A DNA stretch of 54,393 bases from a virus (Duplodnaviria > Heunggongvirae > Uroviricota > Caudoviricetes), in the IMG/VR virus record IMGVR_UViG_3300028840_006732. The stretch is one strand, 5' to 3'. Below are positions 19,250-27,672 of the stretch, piece by piece. The notes under the pieces are model-generated. The model was not told the DNA's origin and did no database searches. It was given only the letters and a program-made list of their open reading frames with translations. The position numbers and the translations under genes were made by a program. The first letter of the stretch is position 1, and every line of letters starts with the position of its first letter.

Positions 19250-19553
19250 CGTAGGAGATCGAAGAGTGTTGCGGCGGCCCAGGCTAAGCCTGAGTCGTCG
19301 GAAGCTGCTGGCAGGGACACTCCTGGAGGTCATCAGCAGTGAGGCCGCCGAGACTCCCCAGGGACCGACTTTTGTCTACCAACTGCGGGAGGTCGACGGT
19401 GAGGAGGTCTTGCAGATGGGCCAGCGGATGGTCCAAGTCGATACACGGGAGGTACCATGTGCTATCTCGCCATCGGGGCCATCGACGTCGTCGTCGCCGA
19501 GCCCAACGGCTCCCACACCAACGAGCGGAGGATCTGGACGGGTGGAGACCTGA
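19227..19553 (+). CDS. small hypothetical protein
   Basis: GTG 19227 behind GGAGGA; KFSVGDRRV... sequence; overlaps the next ORF. Confidence 0.4.
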   Translation: MPPSPKFSVGDRRVLRRPRLSLSRRKLLAGTLLEVISSEAAETPQGPTFVYQLREVDGEEVLQMGQRMVQVDTREVPCAISPSGPSTSSSPSPTAPTPTSGGSGRVET

Positions 19554-19834
19554 TCCGGGCCCTCCGCTTCGCCATCGGGCATACCCAACGCACGACACAT
19601 TCAACGTACGTCGTGGAGGGCGTACGACAACCTTACTCATGGAAAATTGAGCATGAGTGTTACCCTCGACCCAAGGAAGAAGAGCGACATCCTGAACTTC
19701 GACCGGACGACTGCCCAGTTGCAGGCGTTCATGCTTTTCGGCATCCTCGCAGCCAACAAGCGGGCTGCGACTGCGGCCAGCTCCCTAGAGCGGTTGCTGC
19801 GGGAGTGCCGGGGAGAAGGGTGGCCGCCGTTTAG
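19457..19834 (+). CDS. small hypothetical protein
   Basis: ATG 19457 behind GGAGGT; overlaps the glycosylase gene by 182 nt. Confidence 0.45.
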   Translation: MCYLAIGAIDVVVAEPNGSHTNERRIWTGGDLIRALRFAIGHTQRTTHSTYVVEGVRQPYSWKIEHECYPRPKEEERHPELRPDDCPVAGVHAFRHPRSQQAGCDCGQLPRAVAAGVPGRRVAAV

Positions 19835-20306
19835 AAGGCTGCGCGAGCAGCTCGACGACCTCTACAGGAACCCATTGACCCCAACCTTCCGCAACTTCGT
19901 CAAGAGTTGCGGGATCGGCAATCACGACCTCAAGAGCCGGGCCATCAAGGAGCTGGTGAGACGAGACCCCGACTTGCGGACCTGCACGCGGGAGGAGATG
20001 GTGGAGTGGACAGGGGTTGGCTGGAAGACGGCCAGTTTCTTCCTCATGTTCACTCGGGAGGATTCCCGAGTCGCCTCGCTCGACACCCACGTGCTGGGCT
20101 GGATGCGGGACCATGCCGGCGATTTCAATCTCCGCGTGAAGGACGGATTTATCCCCAAGCAAACTCCGGGTTCGCCCAAGCGGTATCTGACCATCGAGGC
20201 GTTGTTCCTCGACATGGCCGATGTTGCGGGGTGGCACCCGGCGGAACTAGACTACGAGATCTGGTCGGCCCGCGAGGCGGGTTACGATCTCGTCTTCGAG
20301 GAGTAG
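19653..20306 (+). CDS. HhH-GPD DNA glycosylase, OGG2 (8-oxoguanine glycosylase)-like
   Basis: HhH hairpin TGVGWKTASFFL with catalytic-position Lys, LDTHVL (Asp-x-His), C-terminal AELDYEIW. Confidence 0.75.
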   Translation: MSVTLDPRKKSDILNFDRTTAQLQAFMLFGILAANKRAATAASSLERLLRECRGEGWPPFRRLREQLDDLYRNPLTPTFRNFVKSCGIGNHDLKSRAIKELVRRDPDLRTCTREEMVEWTGVGWKTASFFLMFTREDSRVASLDTHVLGWMRDHAGDFNLRVKDGFIPKQTPGSPKRYLTIEALFLDMADVAGWHPAELDYEIWSAREAGYDLVFEE

Positions 20307-20307
20307 C

Positions 20308-22014
20308 ATGACAAGGAGCGACGACGAAGTAGCCCTGGCCGAACGGCACGGGTTCACCCACGAGCCCGACGAGAACCGCGGCAAGGGTTGGTACAAGTTC
20401 AGGAAAGAGGAGGTGTGCGTCTGGCAGTGCATGCACCAGGGACGTCCCTGTTTCGCACGGGCCCGGTTGCAGGACGAGCGCTGGAGCGAGCATACCTACC
20501 ACGATACGCTGGAGGAGGCGTTCATGGCTGAAGAAAAGCCCCCCGAAGAGAAGCCCGAGGAGGAGACGCAGTCTGCCGAGGAGGTGGTAGCAGAGGCCAA
20601 GGCCCGGGTGGCTGCGGACGATGAAGCCGCCGAGCAGGCCCGAGCCGGCCCGATGGCCGAAGTGCCTCCCACGATCCGCGAGGTCTGCGGGGCGATTGCC
20701 AGGATGCTTGTTGACCCTGAGAAGGGCTCCAAGGCGCTGGCGAAGGTCGTCGGTACGCTCGTAGCTGCCCGTCACCTCTACGCCATGGCGGTCCACGACC
20801 TGGAGATCCGTCTTCAGGGGCTTACTGACAAGCAGAAGCGGCAGTTCTTCAAGAGGGCTGTCGACTCGATCGTCAACGGCGAGCTGCTGGAAGTGCGGAT
20901 GGGCCGCTGGTTCCCCGACACGGAGAACGGCACGGAGGAGGAGCGCCGCGAGAAGGCCCACGTGCTGGAACACGAGCGGGAGACTTACGAGGCCACGGCC
21001 GAGTTGATGTTCGCCCCCGGTGACGACGAAGAGGACACCGAGGTGGTCGAGCAGGCCGAGGAGAACGCCCGCCGTTTCCTCAAGACGTGCCTGAAGGACG
21101 AGTTCGCCGACGCGGATGCCGAGGTGGCCTGGTCCCTGATGCAGGAGGTCGTGCTCCAGGCGGCGCTCTATCAGGCCTCCAAGCCTTTCAACGAGGCCAT
21201 GCTTCTCGCGGGGATGGAGCAGACTGTCATCCCTTGGATGAAGGAGGCGGCCGAGGAGCACAACAAGCTCGACGCCGAGAACCGGAGGCAGGAGATCGAG
21301 GAGTGGGAGAAGGCTCGTCGCGAGCGTCCCGTGCCTCTCGGGATTCGTGTCTTCGAGCAGGCCGAGCATCCCGAGGTGCCTCGCAACAAGCCGCTGGTCT
21401 TCGCCGGCTGGGCGCCTGCCGTGCGAGCCGTGCTCGACAAGATCATGACCACGGCGATGACGTCCAAGGACGCCGGTCAGCTTTTCTGCATCATCCGCCT
21501 GCTCACCCACATCGACGACGACGATCCCAACTACCGGGTTCGTCAGCGGCGCCTGCTGTGGTTGGGCGGCAAGACCTGGGAGGACTGCACGAAAACCAAC
21601 AAGTCCTGGCCGGAGCTGTTCCAGAGGAAGATCCTCACGGGACTCTCTGAACCCCCGGACATCCTCATGTGCGACGACCTGGCCCTGGCCGGCAAGAGTC
21701 ACGGCCTGGTCGGGGGCACGGCGGCCCGCAAGGCCGGGCATGCCCAGAAGAAGTTCATGGACTGGTGCAAGAAGGCCGGCTGCCTCCTGGTGGGCGGCGT
21801 AGGCTTCGTCGACCGCCAGCCCAATGAGCTGGAGACTCTTCATAGCGGCGCGGAGTGGCAACAGCTCCGCGACTTCGCCATCTTGAGGGCGATCACCGTC
21901 CACGACAAGGGTGACGAGTATCGCCTGGAAATCGGCAAGGGGCTCGACTCGCTTACCATGCCAAAAGAGAAACTCGATGAGGGGGCCCCGAGCCGCATCA
22001 TCATTCCCACGTAG
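20308..22014 (+). CDS. large hypothetical protein (possible internal start at 20524)
   Basis: 568 aa ORF, acidic helical middle; strong GGAGGAGG SD before an in-frame ATG at 20524. Confidence 0.7.
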   Translation: MTRSDDEVALAERHGFTHEPDENRGKGWYKFRKEEVCVWQCMHQGRPCFARARLQDERWSEHTYHDTLEEAFMAEEKPPEEKPEEETQSAEEVVAEAKARVAADDEAAEQARAGPMAEVPPTIREVCGAIARMLVDPEKGSKALAKVVGTLVAARHLYAMAVHDLEIRLQGLTDKQKRQFFKRAVDSIVNGELLEVRMGRWFPDTENGTEEERREKAHVLEHERETYEATAELMFAPGDDEEDTEVVEQAEENARRFLKTCLKDEFADADAEVAWSLMQEVVLQAALYQASKPFNEAMLLAGMEQTVIPWMKEAAEEHNKLDAENRRQEIEEWEKARRERPVPLGIRVFEQAEHPEVPRNKPLVFAGWAPAVRAVLDKIMTTAMTSKDAGQLFCIIRLLTHIDDDDPNYRVRQRRLLWLGGKTWEDCTKTNKSWPELFQRKILTGLSEPPDILMCDDLALAGKSHGLVGGTAARKAGHAQKKFMDWCKKAGCLLVGGVGFVDRQPNELETLHSGAEWQQLRDFAILRAITVHDKGDEYRLEIGKGLDSLTMPKEKLDEGAPSRIIIPT

Positions 22015-22020
22015 GAACCC

Positions 22021-22683
22021 ATGACGAAGAAACTTATCGTTGGCTACCGTACGGATCGCCGCACGAAACCCGAGCGGATCTCCGTTCCGGACTTCGAGGC
22101 TATGTGCCCCAAGTCATTCACTGGCGACAAGCGCGCAGCGCGGATCGCCGAGGACAAAGCCAAGTGGGAGGCTGCGCTTTCCAACCAGCCTTACACGGGT
22201 CATTTGGTGGAGGTCCATCTGATCGACCCCTCCAATAAGAAGGCCGAGACGTTCGCTCCCAAGCCCAAGGTCTCGGTGACCCACCAGGTCTGCGACTACC
22301 TGAAGGAGCATTATCCGAAGGCGTGGCCGGCAGACATCCTGGAAAAGTACGTCCCCGAGGTCGCCGTTCTCGGCTTCAACCCCAGGCACTTCCTCAAGAT
22401 GCTGGGGTTGACCGCCAGCCTGCCGGCCGTGGGTTGTTCCCTGCCGCCTGCGGCCTGGTTCGGCAACGCGGACCATCGGGACATCGAAGCGGCGCTCATG
22501 CCCTCGGACTACTCGTTCCTGGATTGGGAGCTGGTGATCGAGGCTCGACGTATCGGCCTGTCCAAGCAGGACGCGGCCCATTACGATGACGTCCTGGAGG
22601 ACTGGACGGGACCCGGGACCACTACAGCCCAGCAGGACGCCGAGGTGGCCGCCATCTTCGCCGGACAGTTGAAGTTCATCTAG
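22021..22683 (+). CDS. hypothetical protein, possibly a degenerate PolB-proofreading-like exonuclease
   Basis: ALSNQPYTGHLVEV, VLGFN and late QDAEV resemble ExoI-adjacent/ExoII/ExoIII segments, but the acidic residues are incomplete. Confidence 0.5.
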   Translation: MTKKLIVGYRTDRRTKPERISVPDFEAMCPKSFTGDKRAARIAEDKAKWEAALSNQPYTGHLVEVHLIDPSNKKAETFAPKPKVSVTHQVCDYLKEHYPKAWPADILEKYVPEVAVLGFNPRHFLKMLGLTASLPAVGCSLPPAAWFGNADHRDIEAALMPSDYSFLDWELVIEARRIGLSKQDAAHYDDVLEDWTGPGTTTAQQDAEVAAIFAGQLKFI

Positions 22684-22697
22684 CACGGACGCTCGCC

Positions 22698-23465
22698 ATG
22701 GACGGCGTTCCCACAGATTGGTCGCTTAGAACCGTGGAGATCCCCCGGGAACGGGTGGAGAAACCGGAAATGCGGTTCTCTCCGGCAGCCGATCGGTTGT
22801 TCCAGTTCCAGGATCGGTTCGTGTTCTTCACGATCGCCATTCCGTATCTGTGGGGAGGCTTCCGCGAGCGTGTGCTGATCGACTTCATCGCGTCACAGCA
22901 GCAGCCGGTCGGCTTCTATCACAAGAAGTTCGACCGGCCGCTGTTTCGCGGCCTCAACGCCCCGAACGGCGATACCGACTGGAACCATGTCTTGTGGGCC
23001 ACGGAGATCGAGAACTGGGAGGCCTTCGAGGCCCACATCTGCTCGACGGTGCTCTCGTCCAGAGAGCAGCAGACGGTGGTCAAGTATCCGGCGCAGGAGC
23101 TGGTGATGCTCGATCCTCTGTTTGCCGAGCGACATCCCGTGTTGCCTTCCCAACTCCCAGTCGTCACAATTCAAGCGTTCGCCGCCAAGACGAACACCCA
23201 TACTGTGGCGTTCGAGAATGATCGCCCCGCAGTGCTCCAGCCGCCGGCCGTCTACACCTATGACCCCGACGAGGAGCTGCTGCGTTACGCCCATGCCCTG
23301 TTTACGGAAGAAGATCCGCGGTTCCTGTCCGGAGATCCCGATGACGAAACACCCCCTCCCTTCTATCAGCGAGCGGTTGCTGCCCGAGACGCTCGTCGAC
23401 GTGCAGGCCTTCCAGGCCCGGAGCCTCGAAGAGCTGCACGCGACGATCGACAAGTGGGTCCGTGA
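22698..23465 (+). CDS. hypothetical protein
   Basis: 255 aa ORF following the previous stop. Confidence 0.6.
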   Translation: MDGVPTDWSLRTVEIPRERVEKPEMRFSPAADRLFQFQDRFVFFTIAIPYLWGGFRERVLIDFIASQQQPVGFYHKKFDRPLFRGLNAPNGDTDWNHVLWATEIENWEAFEAHICSTVLSSREQQTVVKYPAQELVMLDPLFAERHPVLPSQLPVVTIQAFAAKTNTHTVAFENDRPAVLQPPAVYTYDPDEELLRYAHALFTEEDPRFLSGDPDDETPPPFYQRAVAARDARRRAGLPGPEPRRAARDDRQVGP

Positions 23466-23817
23466 TACGGGCAACTTGATCGTGATGCCCAGCGCCCCCA
23501 ACTACTTTCCCGATGGGGGTGGGATGTACACACTCGCCGTGACGTATGTCAAAGCCCAGGAGACAGTCGATGGCCAAGAAGAAAGCCGGGGGCAAGTCCA
23601 AGTCCAAAACGCCGCCCCAGGCGGCAACGCCCCCACCACCGCCGCCGCCTCCTCCGCAACCCGTCCCGCAGCCGAAGCCCAAGAAGAAGGCTCCGCCTCC
23701 GGAAGACCCGTTCGAGAAATTGCTCCGCCGTCTCCCCCGACAGACGAGGAAAACGCTCGAAGGATCAGCGACGGAAGCGGGAGGGGCCGGTCGCTCCGCG
23801 TACCGGAGCTTCCTTGA
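23341..23817 (+). CDS. small hypothetical protein (overlaps both neighbours)
   Basis: VQAFQARSLEELHATIDKWV...YTLAVTY looks like a folded alpha/beta unit; start uncertain. Confidence 0.4.
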   Translation: MTKHPLPSISERLLPETLVDVQAFQARSLEELHATIDKWVRDTGNLIVMPSAPNYFPDGGGMYTLAVTYVKAQETVDGQEESRGQVQVQNAAPGGNAPTTAAASSATRPAAEAQEEGSASGRPVREIAPPSPPTDEENARRISDGSGRGRSLRVPELP

Positions 23818-24337
23818 GCGAGTTCCCGCGGACGTGCGGACCCAGGCTATGATGCTCGCGGGTAAGGAGCCGATTCCGACTCCCACCCTCGAAGCGCCCG
23901 GGGTCTGTCTCTGCGAGTTCCCGGACGGCGACTGGCCGAAGATGCTTCTGTTCAAGGATCTTGCCGGCCTGCTCGGGCGGCTGAAGAATCTGGAGGGGGA
24001 CGAGTACACCGTGTGGCCCTTCATCGGTGTCCCCATGCGGTTCTCGAAACCCGACGCCCACGGCCATCGCTATCTCTTCCTCCCCGGCGAGGAAGAGGCC
24101 CTCCGTTTCGACGATCCGACCACCAAAGTCCCCGTGAAGTTGTTGGACCACGTGGAGTTCCAGGAGGATTGCTGGCTTGGCCATCCTTCACTGGCCGAGC
24201 CTGTGCTGGGGACCTACTTGCGTCCCGGAGGTGATCCGCCTCCGTCCAAGAAGAAGCCCGTCGACACGGTCGACGACGACGATGACGACGAGGAGAATCA
24301 ACTGGGCGACGGGGTTCCCAACGACCCTAGTGAATAA
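23570..24337 (+). CDS. hypothetical protein with Lys/Pro-rich N-terminus and acidic C-terminus
   Basis: ATG 23570 behind AGGAGA; MAKKKAGG...PPPPPPPPPQ. Confidence 0.7.
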   Translation: MAKKKAGGKSKSKTPPQAATPPPPPPPPPQPVPQPKPKKKAPPPEDPFEKLLRRLPRQTRKTLEGSATEAGGAGRSAYRSFLERVPADVRTQAMMLAGKEPIPTPTLEAPGVCLCEFPDGDWPKMLLFKDLAGLLGRLKNLEGDEYTVWPFIGVPMRFSKPDAHGHRYLFLPGEEEALRFDDPTTKVPVKLLDHVEFQEDCWLGHPSLAEPVLGTYLRPGGDPPPSKKKPVDTVDDDDDDEENQLGDGVPNDPSE

Positions 24338-24445
24338 CCCTCCTCGATGCGTCAAGTATCTTGAAGGATCTTAGTTTGTGGGCGAGCTAAGATTCCTGCC
24401 GTCCGAGTATCGCCCTTTTCTCCCTCTACCTTCTTCCCAGGAGTC

Positions 24446-25837
24446 ATGCTTATGACTACCAAGACCCAACCTCCGCGCGCTCGGAAGCGTAAGCGCGGAC
24501 GGAAACCCCTGCCCCCCGGAGTGATCCGCAACTTCCGGGAGCTGGCGGCGCCGCCCCACCAGCGGTGGCGCGCTGCAATCGCGGACACGGAGATGGTGGC
24601 CATGAAGGACATCTGGCCCGGCTGCGTCGGCCTGGCAATGGCCTTCTCATTGGACCACATGCACCCCTGGGGAGATCGAAGCTGGCTCCCCAACTCGATG
24701 CTGGACTGGACTGTGATGTTCTCAGTTCCCCCGGGGCACTTCGCCGGCTACGAGCGTCGTGAAGTCCGATGGACTGCAAGCATGCAGGCCTGTTTGCGCT
24801 ACGGCGCACCCCAGGTCAACGCGAACGATGCGTTCCTGACCTACGACTTCCGCCGCATCCCCTTCGGCAAGCGCGTCGAGCGTGGGGGGATCGTCGAGGC
24901 CGGTGACTGGCGAGAGCCCACCACGCTCAACTCGGAGACCCACCCGCGGGCTTTCGAGATCTCCACCCGCATCGTGGAGACGATGAACGCCTACGGCTGG
25001 CGACATCGACGAAGCTGGGGCGGCAAGGACGGCAGCAAGTACCGATACGGGATTGGGACCCACGACAAGCTGCCGCCGCCGCGTAGCTGGATGCCAGTCC
25101 CGTACCTGGCTGTTCCGTGGGAGTATCCCACCGAGGCGTTGAGGACCGAGTTCGAGGACGGCATCTACTCCCTGCCGTTGCGTTCGGCGTTCGTCGCCGG
25201 CGCGGTAGATGGGCTGCGAGTGTACGCTCCCTGCGACGGGACGTACGTCGGCCCGCAGACCCTGGTCGACAGCGACACGGACGACGCCTGGACCCGCGAG
25301 CACGTTATGTCGCATCAGTTCGACTGCAACGGCGAGATGGTGGAGATCTGGCTGCACAAAGATGTGCGGCTCCACCGCCACGTCGGCGAACCGGTGCGGT
25401 TCATGGAAGAAATCGGATTCGCCGCCCCGGAGATGGAACGGTGGTGGCGGCGGCTGGGACCGCTTGAAAAGTGGTTCCGTCTCGGCAAGGCCGGGATGGG
25501 ACGACGCCGCGTGGAGTTCGAGATGGAGTGGTTCGTGCAGCGTTCCTCCATAAACGTGGATGGCAAGGTCTGCATGCCGTTCGACCTGGTTTCGAGATTT
25601 GCTACGACCCACCCCGACCAGGTGGAATTGGTAGGCTGGCTGTTTCCCAATCTGGAGGCGTTGAACGATCTCTACGACCCGGAGATCGAAGCGGCGATCT
25701 GTCCGCCGATCCCGCTGCGGAAATGGAACCAGGTTCATCACCACCTACCTGGCGGCGTCCAGCTCGTGGCCGCCGGAGACGACCCCAGGCTGCAACTTCG
25801 AGGGGCCGGGAAGAAGAAGAGGCGAAGGCATCGCTGA
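24446..25837 (+). CDS. hypothetical protein
   Basis: 463 aa ORF behind AGGAG, preceded by the longest AT-enriched intergenic gap in this block. Confidence 0.7.
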   Translation: MLMTTKTQPPRARKRKRGRKPLPPGVIRNFRELAAPPHQRWRAAIADTEMVAMKDIWPGCVGLAMAFSLDHMHPWGDRSWLPNSMLDWTVMFSVPPGHFAGYERREVRWTASMQACLRYGAPQVNANDAFLTYDFRRIPFGKRVERGGIVEAGDWREPTTLNSETHPRAFEISTRIVETMNAYGWRHRRSWGGKDGSKYRYGIGTHDKLPPPRSWMPVPYLAVPWEYPTEALRTEFEDGIYSLPLRSAFVAGAVDGLRVYAPCDGTYVGPQTLVDSDTDDAWTREHVMSHQFDCNGEMVEIWLHKDVRLHRHVGEPVRFMEEIGFAAPEMERWWRRLGPLEKWFRLGKAGMGRRRVEFEMEWFVQRSSINVDGKVCMPFDLVSRFATTHPDQVELVGWLFPNLEALNDLYDPEIEAAICPPIPLRKWNQVHHHLPGGVQLVAAGDDPRLQLRGAGKKKRRRHR

Positions 25838-25870
25838 TCAACCGCGCGGCGGTTGGCGGTGAAGCTGCGA

Positions 25871-25909
25871 AAGGGAGGGGACTTCGCCGAAGTCCCCTTC
25901 CTTTTCTTT
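25871..25909 (+). terminator. intrinsic terminator
   Basis: GGGGACTTC-GCC-GAAGTCCCC stem followed by TTCCTTTTCTTT; flanking AAGGGA can extend the stem. Confidence 0.8.
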
Positions 25910-25967
25910 AGCCCATAGACAAAACTATTGGGGAAGGATTTCTCAAACCGCGAGAAGGAACTCGGTG

Positions 25968-27449
25968 ATGACCCAAGCCTCAGCGGCACCTTGGTGGGAC
26001 AATCCCGGGACCGACGACACTCCCGTCATCGCTCATACGCCCGACGAGACGCAATACTGGCATCCCGACGATCGCCAGATGGAGCGGATGCGAGGCGGTA
26101 TCACTTCGGGTGTCGTGATCCCCCGGGCCAACAACGACGGCACCTCGAAAGGCTTCTACGGACCCATGGCCGGAGTCGTCCACGTCGATCCCGACGCCCC
26201 GGACGGTGGGGCAGTGGTTGATCTATCCCAGGTCAATGACGGCCAGCTCTTCGATGCCTTCTCGCAGTCCGTCTACCCGCACCAGGTCTACTACAATCTT
26301 ACAAAGGAGGCCGGCGCCAGTCCGCCGGTCCCCGCGCAGGCCCCGGCTCCCGCGGAACGTCCGCGAGTCAACCCGCTGGTGCCTGATGGTTCCTATGTCG
26401 TGCCGGCGGCTCGTGACGACGGCACGCAGACTCTATTGCAAGGATCTCAACAGGTTCAGGAGGGACCCACCATGCCCATGCAACCCGTTCCCCCGCTTCC
26501 CGGCCAGCCGCAGGCCCCGGTGGCCCAGGCTTCGCCGCAGCAAGCTCCTCCGCAGCAGGCACCGCCCCAGCAGGCACCGCCCCAGCAGGCACCGCCCCAG
26601 CAGGCACCGCCCCAGCAGGCACCGCCCCAGCCGGTTCAGCCTGTGGCCCCGGCCCCGGCTCCCCAGCCGGCTCCCCAGCCGGCCGCCTGGCCCATGCAGC
26701 AGGTCCAGCAGCAGCCTCCCGTGGCGCCGCTGCCTCCCGCTCCCGACAACAACCAGCAGGTGCTGGCCGGGCTGAATCAGCTCACCAATGTGGTGGGCCA
26801 GCTTGTCAACACGATGGCCGGACAGCAGCCCCAGCCGGCCGTCCCGCCGGTAACGCACACCCAGCCGACGACGGCCAGCCCCACGCCGTTGCAGTCCCGG
26901 AGGGGCGACCCCAGGGCCACGCAAGCGATGCGTCCGGCTATGCAGCCTACTTCCCCCATGCCTGCTCCGCAGCCCATGCAGCGGGAAGACGACGAGGAGG
27001 ATTTCGAGCCCGCTCAAACGCTCCGGGAGATGGAAGTCGCCGCTCACCAGGAGACCCAGCACGGGGTGATTGTCGGCTTCGAGACGCTGGAGATGCCCTT
27101 CATTACGGGCCCTTTGCCTAAGAAGGCCAAGAAATCGGTTTTGTTCGAGATCCCCGGCAGTGGTACAATGTCAGCTCGATACCATGCCGTGTCGGATGGC
27201 GCAGATTGCCTTGCGCTGGTCTACGACACCCGGTACGAGGATGGAAACCAGTACCTCCCGCCCGACCTCGGCGACAAGCCGCTCGTGGTGACGTTGCCCA
27301 GGAGGGGGAAAGGCAAGCAGACTGCTCGCTACCTTTGCTCCTCGATGGGCCTGCACTTCACCGTGGGCGTTTTGGACATCGTGGTGCTCGTGAAGCATCA
27401 CGACCAGGAGGTCAACATCGAGGACGAGGACGAAGACGACGAGGATTAA
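25968..27449 (+). CDS. Pro/Gln-rich protein with folded N- and C-terminal parts
   Basis: About 493 aa; central low-complexity P/Q/A linker; acidic C-terminus. Confidence 0.75.
   Translation: MTQASAAPWWDNPGTDDTPVIAHTPDETQYWHPDDRQMERMRGGITSGVVIPRANNDGTSKGFYGPMAGVVHVDPDAPDGGAVVDLSQVNDGQLFDAFSQSVYPHQVYYNLTKEAGASPPVPAQAPAPAERPRVNPLVPDGSYVVPAARDDGTQTLLQGSQQVQEGPTMPMQPVPPLPGQPQAPVAQASPQQAPPQQAPPQQAPPQQAPPQQAPPQQAPPQPVQPVAPAPAPQPAPQPAAWPMQQVQQQPPVAPLPPAPDNNQQVLAGLNQLTNVVGQLVNTMAGQQPQPAVPPVTHTQPTTASPTPLQSRRGDPRATQAMRPAMQPTSPMPAPQPMQREDDEEDFEPAQTLREMEVAAHQETQHGVIVGFETLEMPFITGPLPKKAKKSVLFEIPGSGTMSARYHAVSDGADCLALVYDTRYEDGNQYLPPDLGDKPLVVTLPRRGKGKQTARYLCSSMGLHFTVGVLDIVVLVKHHDQEVNIEDEDEDDED
26526..26630 (+). 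repeat. 15-bp tandem repeat CAGGCACCGCCCCAG (QAPPQ): 5 perfect plus 2 degenerate copies
   Basis: Perfect units 26556-26630, degenerate units 26526-26555; in-frame coding. Confidence 0.95.
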
Positions 27450-27452
27450 GCC

Positions 27453-27638
27453 ATGCCCATGGAAAAACGAGGCGACGTACATGCGGGCACGCCCGACGTT
27501 TTGCCCGAGGAGGCGGAGGCTTGCCGCCAGGAAGACGGCCAGCCTCTTACCAAGCAAGCGGCCGATCGGATGCAGCAGCATCCCGTCAACGAAGCCATCG
27601 ACGCGGTCGCCCGGCGGACGCGGGAGAACCGTGGCTAG
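27453..27638 (+). CDS. small protein upstream of portal
   Basis: 61 aa ORF filling the gap; contains LTKQAA. Confidence 0.55.
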   Translation: MPMEKRGDVHAGTPDVLPEEAEACRQEDGQPLTKQAADRMQQHPVNEAIDAVARRTRENRG

Positions 27639-27672
27639 TTAGTTCTCTCGCTCCGGTCAAGGAGGACACGCG

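Noticed and set aside
26526-26630. CRISPR array
   Set aside because: Contiguous 15-nt in-frame coding repeat without spacers; no cas genes. The 18-bp palindrome copies are kilobases apart and are not an array either.
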